This document shows, piece after piece, positions 24,667 through 37,939 of a stretch of 64,000 nucleotides of DNA; positions within the stretch are counted from its first letter, which is position 1; each line of letters starts with the position of its first letter. Below the pieces are notes generated by a model. It searched no databases. It saw only the letters and a program-made list of their open reading frames with translations, and was not told the origin of the DNA. Source of the DNA: Azolla caroliniana. Its lineage: Eukaryota; Plantae; Polypodiophyta. Location of the stretch: assembly GCA_043228905.1 (NCBI GenBank), contig JBHGNT010000015.1:10044001-10108000 (forward strand). Direction: 5' to 3'. The position numbers and the translations under genes are program-made.

Positions 24667-27600
24667 AGAGGGCTGCCAAGGTGTGGGGCCGAGATAGTCC
24701 GGACACTCGGGAAAGACCCCACAGCTGTACTATAGAACCGAAACCGAAGAAAGCTTGTACGATAGGTAGAAAATTTTGCTTCTCCAACGACGGAGGGTGT
24801 ATGATAGTCGGCATCGTTGGCCGAGAAAAGGCAAGGGCGGAAGTGCAACTTCGAGCGCGCGGAGTTCTCGGCCCGGACTAGGAAATCAGCGGGGCCGTGC
24901 AGGCGGTCTCCTTCGACGACACCTTGGGGATGCTGAGGAAGGTAGCCGGAGAAGACCTTAACGAAGACCGGACGATACCGGTATGTTCCGAAGAGATGTA
25001 CGAAGTCATCGCGAACTTCAGCCAGGGACTCCGGTCGGATCGGACGGCCCGAGTTAGCACGAAGTACAAGACTGTGGACCGGAAGGTAAGGCCAGTCGCG
25101 GCACCCTTACCAGAGGGCAGCGAGTCCCGAATCAGAGGGGTTGCGTCAGACCCCAGTTTACGAGATCCGGCCTGCATAGGACACACCTTCACCAACGGGA
25201 CGCTCCGGGAGCTCAAGATCGGTGGGGGCGGGTTCCTACTGCCGGCGGAGGAAGACCGGTTTCGGAGAATGCTCGGAAGGCACGGGAAAGCCTTCGCATT
25301 TTCGCCAGAAGAGATCGGGTGCGTAGACCCGACGATCGTGGAGCCGATGGTGATATTCAAAGTACCGCATGTGCCGTGGAATCTCAAGCCGATTCCGGTA
25401 CCAAGAGCTCACATCCCGGAGTTGATGGAGCTACTGAGGCAGAAAGTCGATATGGGTATTCTCGAACCGTCGAGCGCGCCATACTTGAACCGATGGTTTA
25501 CCGTACCAAAGAAAAACGGAACATTGCGCTTCATTCAAGACCTGCAGCCGGTCAACAGAGTGACCATTCGGAACGCAGGAATCGGGCCGACCATAGACGA
25601 GTTCGCGGAGGCCTTCGCCGGAAGGTCGATTTATTCGGTCGGTGATCTATACTCGGGGTACGACCAGTTCCAGCTAGCCGTGGAGAGCAGAAACATTACG
25701 ACGATGCGAACTCCCCTCGGCCTAGTGCGAATGTGTACCCTGCCGCAAGGAGGGACCAACTCGGTGGCCCACATGGTGAATGCAATGAACAAGGTACTGA
25801 GGGATTGCATCCCGGACATCACCATGCCATTTCTGGACGACATCCCGATAAAGGAGTGCCCGGTGGAAGAGAAGGACGGGACAGTCGGGCCGGACGGATG
25901 TCGGCGATTCGTGGCAACACACATCGACGACTGCGAGAAGGTGCTACAAAGGCTAGAGGATGCGAGGCTCACCTTCTCCGGGGAGAAATCGGCCTTCGGG
26001 CAATCAGAAATCCTGGTGGTCGGACACCTGTGTGGACTGTATGGCCGGAAGCCGTCTCCGGCAAAAGTAGAAGCCATCTCCGCGATGAAGACCGACTGTA
26101 GCTCGGTTACGGAAGTTCGGAGGTTCCTGGGGGCATGCGCGTTCTACCACATATGGATCCCGCATTACGCCCACGTTGCGGAGCCGCTATACGGGTTGCT
26201 GAAGAAAGGGCGAAAATTCGAGTGGCGAGACGAGCACACGGAGTCGGTCCGGAAGCTGAAGGAAGCTCTTGCGGCAGCACCGGCGCTCCGGAAGGCTGTC
26301 TACGAGAAGGGTACCCCGGTATACATAACGGTGGATACGAGTCCGACCGGGATCGGATGGGTCGTCAACCAAGAAGACGGGGACGGCATTCGGTTCCCGA
26401 TCCGATTCGGCGCGAAGGTCCTCAGTGAGCAACAGTGAGGGTACGCCTAGGCCGACAAAGACTACCTGATCGGGACGGAAGTGATTATCGAGACGGATTG
26501 CCTGCCAATTCTCGGCATGGTTTCCGGATGCGCGACACCGGACCTGGCGATGCTCAGGTGGATAGCACACATCAAGTCCCTGGATCCGGAAATACGGCAC
26601 ATTTCCGGAAAGGAAAACGCCATGGCCGACATGCTTTCGAGGGCGGCGATGCTCAGGTGGATAGCACACATCAAGTCCCTGGATCCGGAAATACGGCACA
26701 TTTCCGGAAAGGAAAATGCCATGGCCGACATGCTTTCGAGGGCGAGGTTTGATGACGAGGGCGGCATGGTTTCGGAGGACGAAGAAGTCGGCGTGGACTT
26801 CTTCGAGGCGGCGTACGTGACGACCGATGGGACGAGCACTCCGGCATTTAACAACTTCGACGAGAGCAAGTACGACGGCGAGTGGCTCCAGATCGGTGGA
26901 TTTTTGAGGACAATGACACCGGATGCGTCATGGACGAAGGACGAGGCCAACCGGATCCGGAAGAAAGCTTACTGATTCTTTCTCCGGGACGGATACTTAT
27001 GGAAGCACCCGAAGAAGAGGAACGGCGTCCCACTCCGGGTGGTGGCGATGAAGGAAGATCAGGAGGAGCTGCTGATGGCTTACCACGACAGCCCTTGGGC
27101 TGGACACCGTGGAACGTGGGCCACGTTCGAGAAGATAAAGGGGAAGTACTGGTGGTCGGGACTGTACCGGGACGTGCATCGGTTCGTGACAACTTGCGAG
27201 AGCTGTCAGATGCACTCCGTAGTCCGACATCGGGACGAGCTTCACCCTACATACCCTCCGACCATCCACTTCAAATGGATGGTAGACCTGGTGACGATGC
27301 CGATGGGAGTAGGATAGATGCGGTATCTGGTCCTGGCTCGGGAAGATCTGATGAACCAGGTAGAAGGCCAAGCCCTTCAGAACAAGACGACCTCGGCCGT
27401 ATGTCGGTTCCTGATCGAGGACGTGATATGCCGGTACGGGTGCGTCGGGAAGATCGTGGCTGATCGCGGGGAGTTGGACGCCGAAGAGGCCGAGGAGCTG
27501 TTCGACCGGCTAGGAGTCAAGCTCTTGCTTACCACTGCGTACAATCCGGAGGCGAATGGGAAGATGGAGCGCGGACACGGACCGATCGTCAAGGCGTTAG

Positions 27601-28220
27601 TTCGGGCATGCGGGGGGCAAGTTGGGAACTGGCCGCAGCTGCTGCCTTACGCGTTGTGGGCGGACCGAACTACGCACAGTTCGGTAACCGGATTCATGCC
27701 GGCAGAGGTCATGTTTGGGCAGAAGCCGATCATGCCGATGGAACGTACGATCTCCTCATGGGCGATCGTGGACTGGAGAGACGAGATGAGCCGGGAGGAA
27801 CTGTTGGCGGCGCGCATACGACAGCTCAAACGAAGACCGGAGGACGTAGAGCAGGCTACGGAAAAGCTTCGGGTGGCAAGGACGAGGAACAAAGCCCGGT
27901 TCGACGGAACGCACCAGCTCCGACCAAAGAAGATCGAGGAAGGCGACTGGGTGCTAGTCTACGACAACAGCCTCGACAACCAGCACCGAGCGACACGGAA
28001 GTTCGCAAGAAGGTGGTTCGGGCCTTACGTGGTACAAAGTGCCAACAACAACGGGACGTACCATCTGGCGGAACTCGACGGCACGAGAATGGCGATACTG
28101 GTAGCTGGGAAGTGGATCAAAGCGTTCAAGAAGCGTCACGACGACGAGCCGGATCCGGATAACCTGGACCGGGACAACGAACGGTCCGAAACCGAAGAAG
28201 AACCGACGGGCGGGGAATAA
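24660..28220 (+). pseudogene. pol: pol (RT-RNaseH-integrase), a few stops and indels
   Basis: KYKTVDRKVRPV, RFIQDLQPVN, LPQGGTNS, PFLDDIPIK, VDTSPTGIG, H-H-C-C zinc finger, DRGE, ERGH and RWFGPY. No chromodomain. Confidence 0.9.
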
Positions 28221-29160
28221 AGGCTGGACCGGTTTTCTCCGTCCCAACTCAATTTGGCGCATGCCGGTGGATGCGCGGTTAGGTGGGGGCGGATGTCGTG
28301 AAGAAAACCGTCCACGAGCGGAATCGGTGCGCCGGAGCATAGGAACCGGCTCTTCATGCACGTACGCCTTACATTGTACATAAGAGAGAGTTAGGGACAT
28401 AGAGGATCCGAGGTAGGTAGATTCGGTAGGTAGGAAGTTAATAGGAAACGACTCCTTCCTTGCCTATAAAAGGAGGGAGACGAGAAGGGGGAAGGGGATG
28501 GCGGAGAGTCGAGGACGAAGTGCTGTCTGTTTGTGGGGTAGGATTCTCTCTCTCTCTCTCTTTAGCTCCATAGCTTCTTTCTGCGCAGGTTTCGGGAGGC
28601 TCGCGCTGCTCTGAGGAATGCCCGAGTGCTTCTGGCAGCACCTCCAACCTACTCTTTTCTTTCTGTGCGTTTACGAACAGGCATCGGCATCTGTTCGCCG
28701 GCCTGTTCGGTTGTAACCGACTTCGTGTTCTTGTTGTCTGTCTTTGTTAGTACATACATACATTCGTGTCTCTTTGTGTCATTGTCCCACTCGCATCTTT
28801 GTGTCGAAGGGCCGTGTCCCTGTGAATCTACGCTCGCACGTAGTGGGTTCCCTTCTCCTTTCTCTCTTGCTCTTCGGTACAAGACCCCCGAGGTCCCGCC
28901 TCATTGCACGCATCCGCGAGGAAAACCTCGACAGCGCTCAGGCTGGAGATGTCGATCTTCAACACATCAACATGAATCTTCAAACAACCGACATCTCCAA
29001 CAAAGCCCTAGGAACTGACAAGCTTTGGTAATTCATGTTAGACCTTTGACTAACAATCCCTAACTTGCTTGGCTTGAGGGGGAGTACAAACTAGACATTG
29101 TCTGAACTGGGTAGCAACAGACGCGGACATCAACCTAAAGGAATTGACCTGAGTTGAGCT

Positions 29161-29620
29161 TGTTACCCGGCCGACAAGAAGGCTTAAGAAGGTCCAAACC
29201 AGAGTGTGAAAGGAATAGTTTATTCGGGAACTGTTGTAATTAGTAGTCTTAATATCTATTAATATATGAGAAGATGTCGACGGACGGACCGGAATCGGTA
29301 TGCCGATCTGGATCTGGACCGATACCGAAAAGGTGTGGGCTGGCACCGTTTTGTACTTCGCACCGGAGACCTATATAAAGGCCCGGTTACAATGTAATTG
29401 ACATCGGATAATTAATAGAACTTATTGCCTTAATCTTTCAGTATTGATTACCGTTCTGTACTCATTGTTATATCTTATGCGTGTTAATGATGTGTTGCTA
29501 ACTAACCGATTAAGGTCTAATTAAGCGTTGTGTCGTAAGTCATCTTGCCGTAACACCCTTTGGTGAAGTGTCTTAACTGGACACCCTGTGTTAGGCTGTT
29601 ATCCGGCCCTAGGATTAACA
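29161..29620 (+). mobile_element. Solo LTR (460 bp), TSD GAGCT, inserted just upstream of the Copia-1 PPT
   Basis: TGTTACCCGG...GATTAACA termini, the same as the LTRs of 47078-56466. Internal TATATAAA. Confidence 0.88.
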
Positions 29621-30513
29621 GAGCTTGAGGGGGCATGTTGAGAATCAAGCTCAACCTAGTCTAGTGTGTGAACACACCTTGAGAGTGTATGAACACTCAA
29701 AGGTCAAAAGTCACCACTACTCTCTACACATTAACTATGTGTCGTAGAATCATATTCTATGACACATAACTAATGAGTTTCCACAATCCCCATGACCGAT
29801 GAGCTTCGGTAGTTAATGAAGAGAGAGGGTGACAATAAAAAGTACCCTCCTCGTACTTTGGAATTTGCCAGTTAATGTCCTTTGTAATATACATCTTCAT
29901 GAGTATTCTATTTTCCATTACTATCTGTCTTGTGTCTCTCTCCTCTCCAGAGGGTGACAATAAAAAGTACCCTCCTCGTACTTTGGAATTTGCTAGTTAA
30001 TCTCCTTTGTAATATACATCTTCGTGAGTATTCTATTTTCCATTACTATCTGTCTTGTGTCTCTCTCCTCTCCAATTCTTTACAAAATGGTATGTAACAT
30101 TTGGTTAGACATGATGCATACTTTAAAAGGACAATGGATTTGTCGCATTGGAGATTCAGATGCGAAAACTGCTCCACACCTCAAGTTTATCACACAGTGA
30201 AAAGATACTCCACTTTTTTCATTCGAAGACAGTAACCATGTTTGGCATTTTCAGCCATCAAGATGGTTTTTTCCCATCAATTACTTGAGAATCAGAATCA
30301 CTCAAAAAAAATTATACTAAGGAATGGACATCTCTTTTAAAAAGAAAATATTCCCTAGTGGCAACTAGAGCTTGGACCTGTGAACCAAGCCTCATTATAC
30401 ACAGAAGTGTGAGATGATTTGAGTAAAATATGAAAAGCTAAGATCATATACCCCTTGAGCATACTACAAGGATATCTCTAGTAATAGTAATCCTAATGTA
30501 AACTACTAAAATT

Positions 30514-33500
30514 TGTAGAAAGTAGCGTGCGGAAGCAAGTATGAAGACAGAACAGAGGAAGGAAACACAGGTTTAATGGAGAGCTTGGACTTACATGGTA
30601 TACGCGGGAGAGACAAAGAGAGATACACAAAAAACTATATTCAACAGTAATACTCAATCTCTGTACATAAGACGTGCTCAGTGAGCACTTTTATACAAGT
30701 CCTAGAAGGACTGACCGAAGTACTGACAGTACTTCAATGCTCATCAAGAGCCCCTACACTAACTCCCAAATATATTCCTCACGGAATATCTTTCCTAACG
30801 ACCTAACCGATCGGTCCCAACTGATCCGGTCCTCGGCTTCTTCAGCCGATCCGGCCGATGTTGAGATTGTCTCTCAACACTCCCCCTCAAGCTCAACTCA
30901 AGGCTCTTTGGGATCGTCGGGCTCACGGCTCCAGTTCCTCCAAGGTTTCACGCCTCACTCGCGCTCCTCAACCTGTTCGTCTCCACGCGCTTCGACCCTT
31001 CCGGTCGGCTTGTATGCTTATGCGGCCTTTATCAGCTCTTCTGTTGTTGTGGTATCAACGCTTCTCCTGTTGCCTTTTCTTCCGCTTGGGCCTCGGTTGA
31101 TTCAGCGTATCTGAATCAAACATCCGAACCAACTCGGCTACCTCCGATCGGTTTTCGCTCTCGTCTGAGTTGGCTGTCTCCAACTCGTCTTCAGTTTTCT
31201 CGCCCTCGATGGGAGAACGCATATCCAGACGTGGATCGGCGATAGGCGGCGTTGCCAGCACAATCAGCAACGGTGTAGCCGACTAACTGCGCGGCTGCAC
31301 TGGTCCGATATAGCAGTCCCCGTTCCTTAGTTCCGTTGACATACCGAAGTATGCGTTGCGCACACTGAAGGTGTTCCTCGGTAGGTCGCGCCATGAACTG
31401 ACTGATCACCCCGACTGGATAACTGAGGTCAGGTCGGGTGATGGTCAAGTATATGAGGCTTCCGACAATTTGTCGGAACCTCGTCGGGTCGCATACCTTT
31501 CCCGTATCGGAACGAAGCTTCACGGTTCTATCCAGAGGAGTCGAGACGGTCTTACAGTCGGCCATCCCGAATTTGAAGAGCATACTCAGCACGTAGTGAC
31601 GTTGGCTGATCAATATGCCTTCGGGGGTACGGATCACTTCGATCCCGAGGAAGTAATGAAGGTCCCCCAGATCCTTCATGTCGAACGATGCCACAAGTTG
31701 GAGCTTCACGCGGTCGATTTCACCTAGGTCGGCGCCGGTGATGACCAAGTCATCAACATATAGTAAAATACTAACCGGTCCGAGTCGACCTTTCCGGATG
31801 AACAGGGAAGAGTCCGATTTTGACGTGACGAAGCCCATCCGACGCAGTTGTTGCGTGATCTTCGCGTTCCAAGCACGCGGGGCTTGCTTCAGTCCGTAAA
31901 GGGACTTCTTCAGTCGGCATATTGACGAGGAGTTCGTTCCAGAGTGAAGTCCGGGGGGCTGTACCATGTACACCTGTTCCTCAAGGTCACCTTGCAGGAA
32001 TGCATTCTTTACATCCATCTGATGTAGGTGCCACCCCTTGGCCGCGGCTACTATGAGCAAAACACGGACGGTCCTCATTTTCGCGACCGGCGCAAACGTC
32101 TCATCGTAGTTGATGCCATGTTTCTGTGCGTAGCCCTTTGCCACTAGCCGAGCCTTGTACCGGTTGACCGAGCCATCGGTGTTGTACTTGACTTTGTACA
32201 CCCATCTACACCCGATCGGCTTCACACCCTTCGGTGCGTCAACCAGGTCCCCGGTCTCGTTCTCCGCCAATGCGTGCATCTCTTCCTCCATCATGGCATG
32301 CCAATTTGCGTCTTCCGCTACGTCTGCATAGCTCTCCGGCTCACACACTTCCGCTACACAGGTCATGTACGCATAATGATGCGCCATGTACTCGTTGTAT
32401 CCGAACCGCACAACTGGGTTCTTTTGGCGGGTAGATCGGCGTAATCTCACATCAGCCGATGTCGAGGCCTTCTCGGCCGACGCGGTCTTCACCTTTAAAG
32501 ACCCGTCACTGGTTCCCTCGGAGTCGGACTCGCGTCGGTCTGACTCGTTCCTATCCGTGCCGGAATCCGACACCTTCTTCTTCCCTTTCTCTTTGCGCAT
32601 AATCCGTCTCCTCGGCTTCCTGCGCGGGGAATGCACGGCCGAGTCTCCACTACTCGCTGGCTCTTCATCGGACTGGTCGTACCGACTCAGTCGTCCAATC
32701 GGTCCACTTAACTGGAGTGAAATCAGACTCTCTTCGCGGGTCTCGATTTTGGGCTCATCCGGAGGCATCTCGGCCTCGCTGACATCATCGTCAGGTCTCG
32801 TATTGGAGTCGGGGTTCCGAGGCGAGGGTAGGTACCAGGACGCGTACTCGTCAAACACAACGTCGCGGCTGACACGCGCTTGTTTGGTGCGAGGGTTATA
32901 GCACTTATAACCCTTCTGCTCATCCGAGTAACCGACCAAGATGCACTTCTCGGCCTTTGCGTTCAGCTTCCTCCTTTTCTTCTTTGGTACATGCACATAC
33001 ACCATGCTACCGAACACCCTCAAGTGTCGCAAGTTCGGATTCGTTCCGAAATATAGCTCGTGCGCCAACACTTTGTCTCCAATCCGGTTCAGGATGTATA
33101 CCGCGGTCCTTACCGGCTCGGCTCAGTAGAACTTGGGCAAGCTCTTCTCCTCCAGCATTGCCCGTGCCGCTTCCACAATCGATCGATTCTTTCTCTCGGC
33201 CACGCCGTTCTGCTCTGGCGTGTGTCTACAACTGAATTCGCGGCGAATTCCCATTTGTTGTAGGTAACCGTTGAATTGACCGGAAAAGTACTCTTTCCCG
33301 CCATCCGACCGCAGGCACTTGATCTTTCGTCCCGTTTTGGTTTCCACGAACCCTTTGAGGTCCCGGAAACAGTCGAAGACTTCGCTCTTCCTCTCAATGA
33401 GGTAGATCCACGTGTGCCGCGTGTGGTCGTCGATGAAGGAGACGAAATATCGGCTCCTGCCAAGACTAACGTTTTGTGCCGGCCCCCACACATCGGAGTG

Positions 33501-35106
33501 TATAAGGTCGAGCTTGTTCCGGCTCCGGTTTCGCTCGTTGGGGAAGGGAAGTCGGTGTTGCTTCCCGAGCTGGCAGGCTTCACAAACTTGTGCCTTTCGG
33601 CCACTAAATTTGGGCAAACCGAACACTACCTGTTTCGTTTGCAGATCTTGAAGCCGCTAGTAGTTGACGTGGCCTATCCGCTTGTGCCACAAGTCGATGT
33701 CCGACTCGGTCTTTTGCCACAAACCCTTCTCCAGCTCTCCCGAAGTCTTTGGCGTAGTGCGATCGCTGCCGATTTCCCTTCTTGGTATATCTGGAGCCGT
33801 TCCCGGAACCAGTTCTCTCCGAATCGGCGTGCTTCTTCCAGCAATCACTTTCCCTGTGGCCTTTCTTGCCACAGTACCAGCACTCCGCGATGGCCTTCCC
33901 TTGCTGGTTCTCATCGCTTCGACTCCCTCTGTTTCCGGAGGGTCCGAAGGTGCTGTCGGCATCACATCGGTGCCTTCTTCCTTGATCTCGTCGGCCACTT
34001 CCATTGCGTACGGACTCACCTTGTCCGCCACGACCACGGGGCCTTTCTCCCTCCGTGTACAACATCTTGCTGTCGGTGTGCGTGCTTGTCAACGCACCCG
34101 CGTGGTTCTCCTCTACCAGGAGCATCGACTGTAAGTCGAAAAAGGACAGCGTATTCTCCCGGGTACACATAGCCGTTCGGAACGCTCCGAACTTCGACAC
34201 CAAACCTCCGAGACAGATCTGGACCATCTCGCTCTCCTCGATGTTCACCTCTATGGAGGCGAGGGAGTCGCAGATATCCTTGATCTTCGAGGTATAGTCC
34301 GCCACCGACAAGTCGCGTTGTCGTAGGTTGCTCAACTCCTGTCGGAGCTGAAGCTTCCTAACTGTGGTGCTCGTGGCGAAAATCTTCTTCAGATTTTCCC
34401 ACGCACCCTTCAGCATCTTTGCATCCCGAACATAGCTCAATAGTTGTTCGCCCACACACGACGCAAAGCAGTATAGTACCCTGCTCGCTGATTGCTCCCA
34501 CGACGGAAAGTCTCTGTGTGTCGATTCGGGTGCCGCGTCATTAGCTCCTTCAACATAACTCCAGTAGCCATGCCCGAGCAGGTACTGGTGCATCTTGTAG
34601 GACCAAGACGCATAGTTGGTTCTGTCGAGCTTCTCTGTTGGAAGCGAGCTCACCATGCCTCTATCCATCGTTCTTCTTGTTCTTCTTCGTCAAGTTGTGT
34701 CGGCTGCAGAGAGGTTCTCAACCCTCACGCTCTGATACCATGTAGAAAGTAGCGTGCGGAAGCAAGTATGAAGACAGAACAGAGGAAGGAAACACAGGTT
34801 TAATGGAGAGCTTGGACTTACACGGTATACGCGGGAGAGACAGAGAGAGAAACACAAAAAACTATATTCAACAGTAATACTCAATCTCTGTACATAAGAT
34901 GTGCTCAGTGAGCACTTTTATACAAGTCCTAGAAGGACCGACCGAAGTATTGACAGTACTTCAATGCCCATCAAGAGCCCCTACACTAACTCCCAAATAT
35001 ATTCCTCACGGAATATCTTTCCTAATGACCTAACCGATCGGTCCCAACCAATCTGGTCCTCGGCTTCTTCAGCCGATCTGACCGATGTTGAGCTTGTCTC
35101 TCAACA
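30514..35106 (-). mobile_element. Copia-2: internally deleted Ty1/copia element
   Basis: 366-bp LTRs at 30514-30879 and 34741-35106 (~14 mismatches); PBS TGGTATCAGAGC 34729-34740; PPT TTGAGGGGGAG; TSD AAATT. Confidence 0.95.
31191..34668 (-). pseudogene. Copia-2 gag-IN-RT; protease and most of RNase H missing
   Basis: gag CWYCGKKGHRESDC joins directly to IDLWHKRIGH; HSDVWG; QMDVKNAFL; YVDDL; homology stops after RRSTSGYAFS. Confidence 0.9.
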
Positions 35107-37406
35107 AAATTGGTATCTACATTGAGTTTCCCAACATAAATAAAGCCAAGACTCATGATAACTACCCTCTATCCTCCATTGATCACCTACTTAAAAGGGC
35201 CCAGACTCTTCCTATGTATATCTACTAAGTACCACCTGATAAGTTAAATAGCTTTGATTGTTGATGATTAAGTACAAGGTATTAACTTGAGATTTTAGAA
35301 TTTTAAGCATCTCCTCATACATAATGATGTATTTTCGTATACATATCAAAGGATACAAATTATATAGATATATACGAATAACGAAACAAGATATGCCTAT
35401 GGAAGAAGCACTATATGGGGGTGTAGCAGTAGTTCTTCGTGGATTGGGCTACGAGCTATTTTAGGAACCAACATCCAAAGGGAATACTCATGAAAACATA
35501 TATCATGACCAATAATTCTAGAGTACATTGGTGATCAAAGTCCACTACACATCTATGTTTCTTGTAAGTGTGTGTGTATGTAATAGTCAACAATACAGTG
35601 TTTATAGACTCAATGTTGAAAGCAAAAGAATAATAAAATTATCTTTAGCCCAAAATTAATTATGGCATTGATAAAATCCCCTTAAAAACAATCATTCATT
35701 TGTTTTTTATGCAATCATGCCAATTGCAAGTGTAGCCACATTTTACGAGTTCTGATAAACATTCATTTCATTGGTTTGAATTTTTCTAAAATATAATAAT
35801 ATTGTATCTAACTGACTTATTATGAGCTTATGTCATGCCATATTGAAATAAACATCCAAGTATATGTATATGTATTTGTATGCATCTCACATAAAACTAA
35901 GTTCAAGTTAGAAATACGATGACAACACATTCTTATAATGATGCCTTCTTACATCATACAAAGCATCAATAATGTATTCCCTTGATAAAATTAGCTAGTA
36001 TGATTTGTTGCCTTTGAATTCCATACCATATGTGATAAAATGAGTAAAGCAAGTAGGGCTCCTAGACATAGAGAGAGTGTTGAACTACAATTGTTTCATG
36101 AAAATTTTGTGTTATGATATAGCGTGCGAGTGATAGAAAAAAAGCCTCCATCAAACTAAAATGTACAAGGGAGAGCAATGTACAACTAGCTTATCTATTG
36201 ATCAATGATTCTAGAATTTGTGAGTGATAAAAGTCAACCACAAACACATATTTGTCTATATTTTATTATCATAAATACTAAAATATAAATAAAACAATAT
36301 AATGGTCAAATAATATAAACAAAATTGTGTGTAGCATAACTATAATTATGGCATCGATAATCCCTCCTTTATTGAGCTTAGAAGGTCATCAATATAGTCA
36401 CGTGTTTGAACCTAATCAATGGTTCTAGAATGTGTTGATCAAAGTTCATTACAAACACATATGTGTGTGTATGTTATTTTCATAAATTTGAAATTAGATA
36501 TAAATACAATGATCATCAACAATGTGGAAAGTCAAATCATATAAATAAAATTGTTCGTAGGAAAACTATAACTATAAATGAAATTGTTTGTTGCACAACT
36601 ATATTTTGCTTAGCCATGTAGGGATCATCATCAGAAGGGTATGTTAGGTTTCTATCTTGGGTGGGATGAGGTGCTCTCATGAACATACACGTGCCTATGC
36701 AAAACATGAGAGTGACCACTAGGAACTTGAACAAGACACTACAATTGAATGGGGTGTTAGTGAGAGCCCCGTTTTTGCTAAATCCCATTATCGTGAAAAT
36801 GCATGTGCATGTGTTACTCAAGCCAAGGGGAACCATGTGGGTCTTGGACTAGGGAGGATCCTCAAACTCTAATAGAGCTCAAAGTCATAGGGAGCTCAAA
36901 CTTGAAAGGAACCTAGAGTCAAAGGGAGCCTAGAGTCAAAGGGAGCTCAGACTCGAACGGAGAGAGTTGTCCTTTATTTTACTCCCTCTCCCTCTATTGC
37001 ATGAAGCCGCAATTAGTACGTGAGGTTAGATAAACAATGAGAGATTACCAAAGAGGAGCCTAATCTTAGATCATGAGCGTTCAATTGAAAACACCAAGAA
37101 TCGACAAGCGATATTAAAAAACGAGGAGCTTGATTTATAGGTCGAATCATTCAATTAAATAAGGAAACCCCTTTAAATATTACGGTGAACAATGATATAT
37201 GCGGATTTTTTGATGGTGGTAGAAATGTCAACCACTAATCAAGTAACAGAAAAAAATAATGAGAGAAGAATAAGGATTAAGCTAGGCGGGTGTTAAGAGT
37301 CTATTACTAATTGTTAATAATTAGGTAATTAAGCAAGGGTTATTTAGTACCTAATTATGTGATTAGTTGATAAACGGAAGCTTCAATGATATGTGTGTGA
37401 GAGGAC

Positions 37407-37438
<32 letters not shown>

Positions 37439-37939
37439 GAAGTTAACACTTATTGTTGCTGATTAGGAACACGGTCCGCGGTCAGTCCTTCGACCTAAAC
37501 CTCCAAGTGGGTGTGGAACAACGAATAGGCATCTAAGCGTAATGCGTAGGGGAATGTTCCCTGTAACCTATCAGTGTATAAGAGAGATGGCTACAACCGA
37601 ATCCTTAGCAAAGGTTACACTTACATTCTTACACGCTTAGGTCTTCAAGATACACACACTGGATTAGCCGTAGCTATACACAGAGAATCAGAGAAGATAG
37701 AATTCTATTATGAGGCGTTTCTTACATTCCCAAAATTACACGCTACCTCTATCAGAGGTTTTCTGCCCTTTATATACGCAAGGTCTATTTAGCCGTTCAC
37801 GCTTCCTGCGTGAACCGTTACATGCGTTATGCTCTTATATTATTTCTTATTCCTACGCTTTTGTCCATCGGTTACTATTCTAGTGGACAACACCTAGCAC
37901 GCCTGTGGGACAGTGCCCTAGGACGTCGGACCCATCTTG

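Larger units (their letters stand above)
21858..28933 (+). mobile_element. Full-length Ty3/gypsy element with fungal-type RT, tRNA-Trp PBS and 4-bp TSD GCGC
   Basis: 640-bp LTRs at 21858-22497 and 28294-28933 (~97-98% identical by eye); PBS TGGTGAACTCGACGTGA at 22501; G-rich PPT AGGTGGGGGCGGA. Inserted into the Copia-1 RNase H. Confidence 0.95.
16163..30084 (+). mobile_element. Copia-1: full-length degenerate Ty1/copia element with three nested insertions
   Basis: 5' LTR 16163-16551; PBS TGGTATCAGAGC 16552-16563; PPT GAGGGGGCA before 3' LTR 29636-30084; TSD AAATG on both sides. Confidence 0.93.

Noticed and set aside
29075-29086. TTGAGGGGGAG as the Copia-1 PPT
   Set aside because: It is not followed by the LTR. 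The functional PPT abuts 29636, and a similar upstream copy also occurs in Copia-3.
37454-37911. Element A or B being plus-sense because LTR+PBS reads canonically on plus
   Set aside because: gag-pol, the accessory ORF and the LTR TATA boxes are all on minus, and a PBS also precedes gag there.
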